Positions 9,498 through 19,080 are shown, numbered from the stretch's first letter. The stretch is DNA of 64,000 nucleotides from a bacterium (GCA_033763335.1 JANRKU010000016.1:6534-70533); one strand, 5' to 3'. Program-made: numbers and translations. Notes: generated by a model from the letters alone, not told the origin.

Positions 9498-11621
9498 TTA
9501 CGCGACAGAAAATGCGATAAATTGCTCAATTTCGGTATGTTGCATCTCACGTCCGGGGGCAAGGACACAATAACTTTCTGCCCATAGCCCATTTAACGGA
9601 AATTGCCTATCTACATGGTGAATAATCCACGCCGAGCGTTGTTTGAGGTCGTTAATCACCACATGGGGCGGGGTTTCGCTCGGTGTTTTTGCCAATAAAT
9701 AGATATATGTCTCTTGCACCACCAAGGTGGTGATGGTGATGCCCATTTCGGTCAATTGGCGTTCCAATTCGCCCCTCAAAACATCACGTAATTGGGGCGA
9801 TAAGGCACTATCGGGATGCGCCAAGCGCCACACATACGTGAATGGGGCGGGTGTGCCACTATACACAGGATAAGGTAAATCTGGAATTTGCCATTGTTGC
9901 ACCGCTTCGATGGTGCTTGGCAATGCCAACGGCTCTAATTTGATAGGAATTGGCGTGAAGGGGTCAGAATCGTCTAATGGCACATCAGATAATTGCGCCA
10001 ATGAAGATTCCCAATGTGCTACCGCCACCTCAAGTTGCTCCAGCTCCCGTTCTTGCAATTCATCTAAAATAGATGGGGTATTCTGGGGGATTTCTGGCAC
10101 ACTTTGGAGCGCACTCAACAGCCTATCTGATTGTTTCCGCATAGCACGCAGGGGAATTGACCCGCCAAATACCATCGCTAGGGTGTATTTGCCCGCCGCC
10201 AACCGCGAATAGACCATGTATTCCTGCCCGCTAATGGGCAATGTGATAAATTTGAGTCGCGCTTCGTCGGGTTGTGCATCGCCATCATCAGCCAAAAATT
10301 GTACCAATTGGGCAATTTCCAAATCGGGCAATTCACCCGCATGAGCCACCATTTTGCCATTTTTGATGAGCAAGGTCGCATCTGCCGAAAGTTCTAGCGA
10401 TGTTTGCGTCAAGGTGAGCGCCAATTGTGCCGTTGGCGAGGTGTCTGTTGGCACAATATCGGCAACAGGTGGTGGCGGGGGGCTAATCGGCATTGGAGGC
10501 AGTGGGGATTCTGCTGGTTTGCGTTGCTTGGGCAATGATGTGGGTTTAGGCGGTTTTGGATGTTCTTTGGGATAGCGGTCTGTCTCTAGATCGTGCGGAT
10601 TTTTGACTACATCCACCGAACTTTGGGCATGGGTGGTCGCATTGGCACTATCGGTATTGGGTTCTAAAACGATGCTCAAAAAATCGGGTTCTTTGATATA
10701 TTTTTCGAGGTCTTGTCGCCATCCAAAGGGTAATTTTTGTGCGGGACTATCATTTGCCAGTGTGTCAATTAATTTACCGATGACCACCTGCAACGATTGT
10801 GTGTCATCATGCGTTTCGCGCAAAATATGTTGTGCGGGAATATTCTCTGTGGCTTGATTCGCTATTTCGCCACTGGGCAAAAGAGGCATATACGGTGTGA
10901 GGGCTTCTTGTAATACCGCATTCACACGCCCCAAATCCACCTGCCCCACCACATCGCGCAAATCGGCAACGGTGCCAATTTCTTCGAGTGTGGGCATGGG
11001 GGGTTCTTCTGCCGCTAATTGCTTAAAGAGGATGTCATCATGAGGGTTTTCGTCTAATTCTGCCCCATCGCCCTTAAACACCACTTCCAATGAAATGGGG
11101 CTTGCATCACCACCACCCAAAAAGGTCGCATTCCCCATCTGTGTGAGGACTTCATCCAATTTATTGGGCGGTAGTGACATTTTGAGCGTGTCCGATTCAT
11201 CGCCCATGGGGAGTGCTTCGGATGTATCGGGCAAGGCATCGTTATAAATCATCTTTTTGAGGATGGGCAACAAGTCGCGTAATGACATGGGGACATCTAC
11301 CACCCCATCCAAATTTAATTGACGCGCCATCGTCATAATAGCGGGCATGTGCGGACTCGCCAAAATGCGTATATCAGGGGATATAGCACGAATCCGCGAG
11401 ACCAATTCTTGCCCGTTCATACTCGGCAAGCCAAATTCCACAATCGCAATATCATGTGGACGCGCCCGCAACAGCTCTAATGCCGCATCGGGTGTGGTAA
11501 AAGAAGATACCTCAAATTCACTAGTACGCTCTAGGGCTTGTTTCATCCCTAATAATGCGGAGAGGTTCTTGTTTATCATCAATATGTGGATTATGGAAGT
11601 TGCCATAGTATCCCATTCCAA
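9498..11621 (-). CDS. multidomain signalling protein: pseudo-receiver + Pro-rich linker + Roadblock/LC7-like + inactive IS200-like (Y1) transposase fold
   Basis: aa 10-124 have a CheY-like pattern with the key residues replaced (ILMINKN, DIAIVEFGLPSMNG, VVDVP). aa 403-506 are Roadblock-like. aa 593-707 are collinear with IS200/IS605 TnpA (FTYVWRL, VQETYIYLL, LKQRS, GLWAESY, EIEQFI). The start is either TTG 11621 or ATG 11606. Confidence 0.6.
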   Translation of the reverse strand: MEWDTMATSIIHILMINKNLSALLGMKQALERTSEFEVSSFTTPDAALELLRARPHDIAIVEFGLPSMNGQELVSRIRAISPDIRILASPHMPAIMTMARQLNLDGVVDVPMSLRDLLPILKKMIYNDALPDTSEALPMGDESDTLKMSLPPNKLDEVLTQMGNATFLGGGDASPISLEVVFKGDGAELDENPHDDILFKQLAAEEPPMPTLEEIGTVADLRDVVGQVDLGRVNAVLQEALTPYMPLLPSGEIANQATENIPAQHILRETHDDTQSLQVVIGKLIDTLANDSPAQKLPFGWRQDLEKYIKEPDFLSIVLEPNTDSANATTHAQSSVDVVKNPHDLETDRYPKEHPKPPKPTSLPKQRKPAESPLPPMPISPPPPPVADIVPTDTSPTAQLALTLTQTSLELSADATLLIKNGKMVAHAGELPDLEIAQLVQFLADDGDAQPDEARLKFITLPISGQEYMVYSRLAAGKYTLAMVFGGSIPLRAMRKQSDRLLSALQSVPEIPQNTPSILDELQERELEQLEVAVAHWESSLAQLSDVPLDDSDPFTPIPIKLEPLALPSTIEAVQQWQIPDLPYPVYSGTPAPFTYVWRLAHPDSALSPQLRDVLRGELERQLTEMGITITTLVVQETYIYLLAKTPSETPPHVVINDLKQRSAWIIHHVDRQFPLNGLWAESYCVLAPGREMQHTEIEQFIAFSVA

Positions 11622-11654
11622 GTGAACGCCTGTCCTAAATATTATAGCACATTT

Positions 11655-13871
11655 TTACGGTGTGATGACAACTAATTCACTTTCATCGCCATTCAAAGTA
11701 ACACTGACATTCTTCACAATCCACCCTGTTTCGCCTTGATAGGTGATGGCATACCAGTCGCCATCAGGCGAAATTCCTATCACATCCACTGTCGCATCAA
11801 TGAGTGACCCCAAGCGTGTTGAATCGGATTGTGGGGCAGAACGCACCCATGCGCCCAATCGGTCAATCGTAACAGTCAAATTTCCCCCTACCACTGGTAA
11901 TAGGCTCTCATTGCCATTTAACTGTATGCTCGAATTTTTCACAATCCAAGCCAAATTGCCTTCAAATTCAATCTGATACCAATCGCCATCTGCTGATATA
12001 CCGATAACAGGGATAGTTTCGTTGATGATAGCACCCAACCGTGTTGATTCTGCGTCTGGCGCTTCCCTCACCCACGCTCCCAAACGGTCAATTGTGACAG
12101 TCATGCTTTGCGATTCTGCCACGACAACAGGCACAAGCGATACATCGCCTAAAAGGGTCACGCTAGATGTATTTTGTATCCAGCCAATTTCACCCTGATA
12201 TGGCACCCCATACCACTCGCCATCTGCCGACATACTAACGACTTCCACACTATCGTCAATGATAGACCCCAACCGTGAGGCACTAGAATCGGGTTGTGAG
12301 CGTACCCATGCCCCAAAGCGGTCAATTTGTAGCATAACGGTAGTAGATGCGGGTGTCTCAGTCGGTGGCATAGGTGTATAAGAGGGCAAGGGTGTATTGG
12401 TAACACGAATCGCCGTCTCAGTCGGTGGGACAGGTGTATAAGAGGGCAAAGGCGTATTGGTGATAAGAAACGGTGTTTCTGTCGGTGGTTGTGGTGTATA
12501 GGATGGTAAGGGTGTATTCGTCACACGCACAGGAATATCTGTCGGTATAATTTCTGGTGTTTCAGTCACTTCTGCGCTGATAGGTGTAGATGATGTGACA
12601 TTATCGCCCATCGTCTGTGCTGTTTGTGTGGCAAAAATAATTTCTGCAATGCGGGTCATTTCGATGACTACCGCCGTTTCGGTAATATCCACAGGGGTAA
12701 TAATTGGTTCATCGGTACGCAAAATCACGACAGAGGAATCATTCGTGCCTGTTGGGGAAAGCGCAATAATATCATCATTATCACCCGTGTTGTTGTTGGA
12801 TAGCAACAACACAATCACTGCCCCAATGAGGAGTAAAATAACCGCCGCCATCCCAAAAACCAACCCGCTATTGCGTTTTTGTGTAGGTGGCGGGGGATAC
12901 ATCCCACCAGCCCCCGTAGACATATATTGTGGTGGGGTTGCATAGGGTTGTGGCGCTGGTGCAAAATTTGCCTGTTGCTTAGGCGGAACTTTGAATACAA
13001 AAAAGTTGGTTTCTCCGCCCTTTTGTCCCTCAATGGCACTCTCAAAGGCTTGTGCGAATGCCGTACACGATTGAAAGCGGGCTTTAGGGTCTTTTGCCAA
13101 TGCCCGTGCAAGGACTAAATCCAACGCAGGGGGCAAATCTGTCCGCAAAATCGTGAGGGGAGTGGGCATTTCATGGAGGTGTTTGTTCAATAACTGAAAT
13201 GGGGTCGTTGCTTCAAATGGCTCACGCCCTGTCACAGCGATATAAGCCAATACCCCTAATGAATATTGGTCGGTGGCAGGAAAAACTTCATCCCCACTCC
13301 ATTGTTCGGGTGCCATATAGGTCGGTGTGCCAACCGCCATACCCGTCCCCGTGAGTTTATTGGTGGCATTCATCAATTTGGCGATACCAAAATCCACCAA
13401 ATACGAATTTCCCTGATTATCAAACATGACATTGCTGGTTTTTATATCCCGATGGATGACACCCCGATTATGGGCATAATCTAAGGCGCTGGCGAGTTCT
13501 CGCAATAATTTTGCCGTCTCACCGAGCGATGGCAATCCGCGATTATCGGCTTGTGCCTGATTAATCCGTTCTGCCAATGTGCCACCCGTGAGCAGGCGCA
13601 TGACCACATAACTAATCCCGCGTTGGGTGCCATAATCTACAATTGGGACGATATGGGGATGCTCTAATGCGGCAGATGTTTCGGCTTCGCGGGTGAATCT
13701 TTCGATATACCCCGGTTGTTGTGCCAGTGTGGATGGCAACACTTTGACCGCAACTTCGCGCTTGAGTGCCGTCTGAAATCCGCGATAAACCGACCCCATC
13801 CCCCCCACACCGAGCAATTCGCGTAATTCGTATTGTCCGAGCATCTGCCCTTTTAGGTTATCACTACCCAT
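11655..13871 (-). CDS. Ser/Thr protein kinase with one TM helix and an extracytoplasmic 3x SH3b-like domain
   Basis: Hanks kinase motifs GVGGMGSV, VAVKVL, HRDIKTSN, DFGIAK and YMAPEQ. TM helix GLVFGMAAVILLLIGAVIVLLLS. Three TNTPLPSYTPxPPTET repeats. Three ~75-aa repeats of the form IDRLGAWVRS.P...S.RLG..I......V.G.S.DG.WY...Y.G..GWI. Confidence 0.9.
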   Translation of the reverse strand: MGSDNLKGQMLGQYELRELLGVGGMGSVYRGFQTALKREVAVKVLPSTLAQQPGYIERFTREAETSAALEHPHIVPIVDYGTQRGISYVVMRLLTGGTLAERINQAQADNRGLPSLGETAKLLRELASALDYAHNRGVIHRDIKTSNVMFDNQGNSYLVDFGIAKLMNATNKLTGTGMAVGTPTYMAPEQWSGDEVFPATDQYSLGVLAYIAVTGREPFEATTPFQLLNKHLHEMPTPLTILRTDLPPALDLVLARALAKDPKARFQSCTAFAQAFESAIEGQKGGETNFFVFKVPPKQQANFAPAPQPYATPPQYMSTGAGGMYPPPPTQKRNSGLVFGMAAVILLLIGAVIVLLLSNNNTGDNDDIIALSPTGTNDSSVVILRTDEPIITPVDITETAVVIEMTRIAEIIFATQTAQTMGDNVTSSTPISAEVTETPEIIPTDIPVRVTNTPLPSYTPQPPTETPFLITNTPLPSYTPVPPTETAIRVTNTPLPSYTPMPPTETPASTTVMLQIDRFGAWVRSQPDSSASRLGSIIDDSVEVVSMSADGEWYGVPYQGEIGWIQNTSSVTLLGDVSLVPVVVAESQSMTVTIDRLGAWVREAPDAESTRLGAIINETIPVIGISADGDWYQIEFEGNLAWIVKNSSIQLNGNESLLPVVGGNLTVTIDRLGAWVRSAPQSDSTRLGSLIDATVDVIGISPDGDWYAITYQGETGWIVKNVSVTLNGDESELVVITP
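12357..12536. repeat. in-frame 60-bp tandem repeat (3 units) inside the kinase gene
   Basis: Units start at about 12357, 12417 and 12477 (GTCTCAGTCGGTGG.AYAGGTGTATAAGAGGGCAARGG.GTATTGGT...). They encode the Pro/Thr-rich TNTPLPSYTP.PPTET linker repeats. Confidence 0.85.
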
Positions 13872-13992
13872 CGTGATTATCTCCCATGATGATGTTCCCC
13901 AAGCCCCTCTATTTTAGCCCGTCTGAGCGATATGGGCAACCAAATCATGATAGAATAATGACATACACCATTTCTATATGAGGATTTTGGCG

Positions 13993-14571
13993 ATGCTAAC
14001 CGATAACCCCCAAATTGATTTGCGCGAAGGCATGTCACTAGACGATTTTTTGCGCCAGAGCAACGACCAACCATTTGAACTGATAGATGGACGAAGGATA
14101 GATAAGATGCCATCAGGATTACCGCATAATGTGATTTTGCGTGCCATTTTTCGCTTGTTAGACCCATTTGTCGTACAAAACGATTTAGGCGAGGCGTTTG
14201 CAGAAAACGCATTTATCATAGAGGAACGTACCAATTGGGTACGCGGGTCGCGGGTGCCAGATATTGCCTTTTATCGTAAAGCACGAATTCAACACATTAT
14301 GACCGCCATGCCCGCGGTGATTCCTATCGTTCCTGATTTGATTATCGAAATTATCTCCCCCACTGATTCGTATGATGATATTCAATTGAAAACTATTTTT
14401 GATTTAGACAATGGTGTAAAAGCCATTTGGATTATAGACCCAGTGAACCATAGTGCATGGGTCTATACCCCTGATACGATGCGCCCGCAACGCTTTGGCG
14501 AAGATGGCGTGTTATCTGCACCCGATATTCTGCCAAATTTCACGCTGGAATTAAGTAAAATCTGGGCATAA
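13993..14571 (+). CDS. Uma2 family (DUF820) PD-(D/E)XK-type endonuclease
   Basis: Motifs FELIDG, GSRVPDIAFY, VPDLIIEIISPTD and NGVKAIWIIDP. The ATG at 13993 lies 8 nt after GAGGA. The track start is 13978. Confidence 0.85.
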   Translation: MLTDNPQIDLREGMSLDDFLRQSNDQPFELIDGRRIDKMPSGLPHNVILRAIFRLLDPFVVQNDLGEAFAENAFIIEERTNWVRGSRVPDIAFYRKARIQHIMTAMPAVIPIVPDLIIEIISPTDSYDDIQLKTIFDLDNGVKAIWIIDPVNHSAWVYTPDTMRPQRFGEDGVLSAPDILPNFTLELSKIWA

Positions 14572-14633
14572 AAACAGGGCGAGATAATTATTTATCGCAC
14601 CCTGTCTATCAACACTATGTTTATCGCATCTTG

Positions 14634-15827
14634 TTACGGTGCGTTGGTCACAGTGACATTAATTGACCCCGTATTATTCACCTCATTGCCCTCTGCAATC
14701 GTATTGCCTGTATCGGCTTGGAATTGCAGAATATAGGTGTTTGCAGAGGTAAAAGTCACATTCACTGTGAGGCTGATGGTCTGCCCTGCCGCCAAATTGC
14801 CAACCACGCCCAAATCTTGTTGGGTGTTATTTGGCAAAATGAACAAGATATTGTTGAATTGGGTGTTAATGGCATTGCCATTATTGGTGATATTCACACC
14901 ATATTGCACCGTGACCTGTGTCTGCCCTGCGGGGATTGTCACCGCCGTTGGACCCGTGATATTGCTCACCACCAAATCGCCCGGAGTCGGTGTAAAGGTC
15001 GGCGCGGGTGTATTCGTTGGCACATTCGGCGTAAAGGTTGGTGCAAGGGTCGTAGTCGCAAATGGGGTTGGGGTGGCGGGAGGTGCTTGTGCAGGAATGG
15101 TCGCACATTGCGTCCCATAGAGGTTGATATATGGTGTGGTTTCGGGTCCACGAGCCACCCAGCCCAATGTGCCGTTATTATCACGCAATTGCCACCAACT
15201 GTTATCACTCAACCGTGCCACGACAGGCAATAATTCACCCGCCGCGAGTGTGCGAACCACATCAAAATTGGTGCTGGGACCACGGCGCAAGCGCAATGCC
15301 GTCATCACCAATGCGCGACAAGTCGGGTCGTTGGGATTAATCACAGGTTGGGTTGGACCCGGTTGTTGCACGGGCGTTGATGTGACCTGAACACTGGTTT
15401 GGCGGATAATCACGCGCACTTCGGCAGGGTCACTCACAACAGAACTACCGCCAACACCACGCACAGCCGTCACACTGAGGACAACTTCGCCTGCGGTACG
15501 GGGGGTATAATCGAGCAAAACCTGTTTATTGGTCTCCCCTGTAGGTGATTCTGACCCCACAGTGCGGACATTCGTGCCATTGGCAGATAAACGCACGCTG
15601 GTCACGCCAACCGTATCGGTCACTTGAACACTCATCAAAATGGGGGTATTAACCACAAATTCTTCTCCGCTTTGTGGAGAAAGAATGGTCACAACGGGTT
15701 TTCCTGTATTAGCTTGATTGGTTGGGGTTGGGGTCACACGAGAATCATTGCTTTCAGCATCGAGATTACATGCCGCCAAAATGCACATTATCCCCAAAAG
15801 GAGTATAAATCTAAGTAATCGTGTCAT
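14634..15827 (-). CDS. secreted lipoprotein with Ig-like, SH3b and CARDB-like domains
   Basis: Signal peptide plus lipobox from the ATG at 15827 (MTRLLRFILLLGIMCILAAC). SH3b-like segment RLRRGPSTNFDVVRTLAAGELLPVVARLSDNSWWQLRDNNGTLGWV. Pro/Thr linker. C-terminal CARDB-like GDLVVSNITGP...NITNNGNA... Confidence 0.6.
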   Translation of the reverse strand: MTRLLRFILLLGIMCILAACNLDAESNDSRVTPTPTNQANTGKPVVTILSPQSGEEFVVNTPILMSVQVTDTVGVTSVRLSANGTNVRTVGSESPTGETNKQVLLDYTPRTAGEVVLSVTAVRGVGGSSVVSDPAEVRVIIRQTSVQVTSTPVQQPGPTQPVINPNDPTCRALVMTALRLRRGPSTNFDVVRTLAAGELLPVVARLSDNSWWQLRDNNGTLGWVARGPETTPYINLYGTQCATIPAQAPPATPTPFATTTLAPTFTPNVPTNTPAPTFTPTPGDLVVSNITGPTAVTIPAGQTQVTVQYGVNITNNGNAINTQFNNILFILPNNTQQDLGVVGNLAAGQTISLTVNVTFTSANTYILQFQADTGNTIAEGNEVNNTGSINVTVTNAP

Positions 15828-15912
15828 AGTTTTTATCCTACACAAACACAACAAGCCCTACCAAAAATGATGCTGTAGGGCTTGATGCGAAATGAACAAA
15901 TAAGAGCAGGTG

Positions 15913-16545
15913 TTAGCTAATCGGTTCTTTGTAGATGACATATTTACCCATTTCATCGCCCTTTGCGATGCAGTGGGTCATATCCACCTTAAATTCATGC
16001 CCACCAGAAACCCAGCGAAGCCCTTCTTGCAAAAGCCCCTGCCCAACGAAGCACACTGGCTTGTCGGTAGTACGCCCCCAACACATTGGGCAACGCTCTA
16101 AGGTGTAGATGATACGGTCTGTACCCTCTTCATACACATTAGAAATTTGGTCAGAAAATTGATTAAAAATGTTTGCCATGGCGGGAACCCCGATTTTGAG
16201 TTTCGCATTCATCGGAAGCACCTTAAAGGCAAGGTCGCCAACACCAGCCAGCGCCCCAAATCCACGTAACGCATCAGCAAAGGTTGCACGACCAGCACGC
16301 AACGCCAAGCCACGTCCACCACGCGGTCCATACATTTCTTCCAGCGCCACGTTCAAAGCGGTATAATCGGCAAAATCATATTCTTTATCGAGGTTATCGG
16401 GGGGATAATTGCCGATGAGCGTACTCAACTGCGCCCGATGTAGAATGGCGTTCAACCCATTCGTCCCCATGATTTCTTCCATCGCTTCAATCGTGATGCG
16501 GGCGAATTTATTTGGATAATAAAACCCGCTTTTCTCTTTTGCCAT
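15913..16545 (-). CDS. V4R (4-vinyl-reductase-like, COG1719) domain protein
   Basis: The C-terminal pattern ERCPMCWGRTTDKPVCFVGQGLLQEGL....HCIAKGDE fits the V4R Cys/Gly signature. Confidence 0.65.
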   Translation of the reverse strand: MAKEKSGFYYPNKFARITIEAMEEIMGTNGLNAILHRAQLSTLIGNYPPDNLDKEYDFADYTALNVALEEMYGPRGGRGLALRAGRATFADALRGFGALAGVGDLAFKVLPMNAKLKIGVPAMANIFNQFSDQISNVYEEGTDRIIYTLERCPMCWGRTTDKPVCFVGQGLLQEGLRWVSGGHEFKVDMTHCIAKGDEMGKYVIYKEPIS

Positions 16546-16646
16546 TGTGGCTCTTCCTCCAATCGGTGTGCAAAAACCAACCGTGGTTCATAATTTTTCT
16601 AAAGCGTCTATACGATAACACAGGTTGCCAAGACTAGCAAATCTAT

Positions 16647-18020
16647 TTAAGAAAATACTAGTAATGGGTCTGAACTTGCCTCAACTTGTGGCAACCGTCC
16701 TTGTAGGCTCCATGGACTTGTCCATGTAATTTCCACATCAACGAGTTTGCCCCTAAAATCCCCCTCAGCATCAAAAAACACGAGCTTATTTTGAGGGGTT
16801 CTACCACGCCATCTGTCTTTGTGAAGGTCTTCCACTAACACCTGTACATGTTTACCCAATAATGTGGCATTTTTCTCTGCCAAAATTTGGGCTTGCAGGG
16901 TATCTAACATCTCATAACGGCGACGCTTTTCATCTTCTGGCACATCATCTTGCATACGGCGGGCGCTCACCGTATTGGGACGCGGGCTATACCGCGCCAA
17001 ATGCACCTTATCTAAGCGTAGTTCCGCTAAGGTTTGGTAGGTATCCATGAATTGCGCTTCGGTCTCGCCAGAAAAACCAACAATAATATCGGTGTGAATG
17101 GCGACATCTGGAATTGTAGCACGGATTTTGTCTACCAACTGCCGATATTGTGCATTGGTATATCCGCGCTTCATATTTTCTAATACTTGGTCATTACCCG
17201 CTTGTATAGGCACTTCAATTTGGGGCATCACACGGGGCAAATCTGCCACCGCTTGAAGCAGTTTGTCGGTCATCCAATTGGGATGGCTCGTCAAAAAGCG
17301 AATTCGCTCTACCCCTGTTTCTTCTGCCACATCATTTACCACGCGCAATAAATCGGCAAGGTCGGGACCGTCTTCAATATCTTTGCCATAACGGTCTACA
17401 ATTTGACCCAACAGGGTGACTTCTTTTACCCCCTGCAAGGCAAGGCTACGAACATGCGCCACAATTTCGCCAACACTACGGCTACGTTCTACCCCCCGCC
17501 GAAACGGGATGATGCAGAATGTACACGCATGGGAACACCCATATACAATTGGCACATGGGCGCTAATCAAATTACCTTGTTCATGAGACGGCAACAATAA
17601 ATCACCATCTTGTACCAAATCACGCTCATGACGCGATTTTTCTTCGTAGGCGAGCAATTCCGCCTCATCCATGCGGTCTTTCAGAAATTCGACCATCGGC
17701 GCGGGTTCCGATGGGGGCATGAACACATCTACGAAAGGCAACTTTTTACGCAGGTGGAGGGGGTCTTTCATCCCAACCATACATCCCATGACACTGATAA
17801 TTTTTTCTGGGAATTCCTTTTTTACATCACGGAGCAAATACAACCGCCCCATCGCTTTATCCTCAGATGTCTGACGGACAACGCAGGTATTCACCACAAA
17901 AATATCAGCTTCATCAGGGTTCTCTGTAGCAGAATGACCCATACGCTCTAGCTCCGAAGCCAGCCGTTGGGAATCTGCCATATTCATCTGACAACCAAAA
18001 GTCCAAATATGATACTGCAT
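16647..18020 (-). CDS. miaB: tRNA (N6-isopentenyl-A37) methylthiotransferase MiaB
   Basis: MTTase N-terminus IWTFGCQMNMADS, radical-SAM CSHACTFC, and a C-terminal TRAM-like region. Confidence 0.93.
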   Translation of the reverse strand: MQYHIWTFGCQMNMADSQRLASELERMGHSATENPDEADIFVVNTCVVRQTSEDKAMGRLYLLRDVKKEFPEKIISVMGCMVGMKDPLHLRKKLPFVDVFMPPSEPAPMVEFLKDRMDEAELLAYEEKSRHERDLVQDGDLLLPSHEQGNLISAHVPIVYGCSHACTFCIIPFRRGVERSRSVGEIVAHVRSLALQGVKEVTLLGQIVDRYGKDIEDGPDLADLLRVVNDVAEETGVERIRFLTSHPNWMTDKLLQAVADLPRVMPQIEVPIQAGNDQVLENMKRGYTNAQYRQLVDKIRATIPDVAIHTDIIVGFSGETEAQFMDTYQTLAELRLDKVHLARYSPRPNTVSARRMQDDVPEDEKRRRYEMLDTLQAQILAEKNATLLGKHVQVLVEDLHKDRWRGRTPQNKLVFFDAEGDFRGKLVDVEITWTSPWSLQGRLPQVEASSDPLLVFS

Positions 18021-18193
18021 TTGTTTTTATCAATTTCTACTGAACACGACTTTTCTATCTAGTGTAATTGTATCCAAACCAACATATCACGTCAATGCAA
18101 CGGCGTATCAATTTATTTATATTGGCTAGATTTATCATACAAACACCCGTAAAATTGAATATATAGTGCATATATTGAGGGATAATCCACGCC

Positions 18194-19066
18194 ATGAGCG
18201 ATAATGAAACCACCAGCACCACCGAAATTTCACCCCTATCTCTTGCAAAACGTCAATTGCAACAGGTCAAGGCGGTTTTAGGCGAGGTGTTTCCACCCGA
18301 TGTTAGTGTGGGGGTTAAGATGCCTCGTGAACTCAAAACGGCAGTCGAAACACTCAGCCGTCAATTGAGCGATGCCGAGCGTGTATCGCGCTCTACCCAA
18401 AAATATTTTGACCTTCTCCGTGACATTATCCAAAAAACGGCGATGATTTCCAGTTCTCTGGAATTGGAACAGGTGCTAGAACGGGTGATGGATACCGTCA
18501 TTGAACTCACAGGGGCAAACCGCGCCTATTTAATGCTATACGACAAAACCACCCACGACTATAAATCCCGTATTGCCCGCAATTGGGAACAAGCCTCGCT
18601 CAAGCCACAAGATATTTTATTTAGCCAAAGTGTTATTGAGGTGGCAATCAAAGAAGGCAAACCCATTTTTACCAGTAGCGCCCAAGAAGATAGCCGTTTT
18701 CAAGGTGCGACAAGCGTCGTTGCTTATGATTTACTCGCCATTTTGTGCATCCCCATGATTTTATCTGGTGAGGTGATGGGCGTGATTTATGCCGACAACA
18801 AATCACAACGGTGGATTTTTGATGATGAAATGCTCTCACTGCTCTCGACATTTGCCAACCAAACCGCAATCGCCATCAACAATGCCCGTCAATTTGAGCA
18901 AGTGATAGATGATTTTGCCCAAGTGCAAGTCCATGTCCAAAATTTGCAAATTGAAATGAACAAGACGCACATGGACGAAAAAGTGCGCGAAGTGACCGAA
19001 AGCGATTATTTCAAACGCCTATCTGAGATGAAAAACCAACTCCGCAATCGCATGAAGGGCGAATAA
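18194..19066 (+). CDS. GAF domain protein with flanking coiled coils
   Basis: GAF-like core LEQVLERVMDTVIELTGANRAYLMLYD...LAILCIPMILSGEVMGVIYADN...LLSTFANQTAIAINNA. I see no output domain. Confidence 0.7.
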   Translation: MSDNETTSTTEISPLSLAKRQLQQVKAVLGEVFPPDVSVGVKMPRELKTAVETLSRQLSDAERVSRSTQKYFDLLRDIIQKTAMISSSLELEQVLERVMDTVIELTGANRAYLMLYDKTTHDYKSRIARNWEQASLKPQDILFSQSVIEVAIKEGKPIFTSSAQEDSRFQGATSVVAYDLLAILCIPMILSGEVMGVIYADNKSQRWIFDDEMLSLLSTFANQTAIAINNARQFEQVIDDFAQVQVHVQNLQIEMNKTHMDEKVREVTESDYFKRLSEMKNQLRNRMKGE

Positions 19067-19080
19067 TTTCCCCCTACCCC

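Noticed and set aside
9501-9845. The IS200-like region considered as an insertion sequence or mobile element.
   Set aside because: It is the in-frame C-terminal domain of a 707-aa protein. It lacks the HUH histidines and the catalytic Tyr. It has no flanking IS ends and no tnpB. I treat it as a domesticated domain, not a mobile element.
13877-14234. Minus-strand ORFs (111 aa and 86 aa) between the kinase start and the Uma2 gene.
   Set aside because: They overlap the well-supported plus-strand Uma2 CDS and the divergent promoter region. I recognise no motifs and see no SD.
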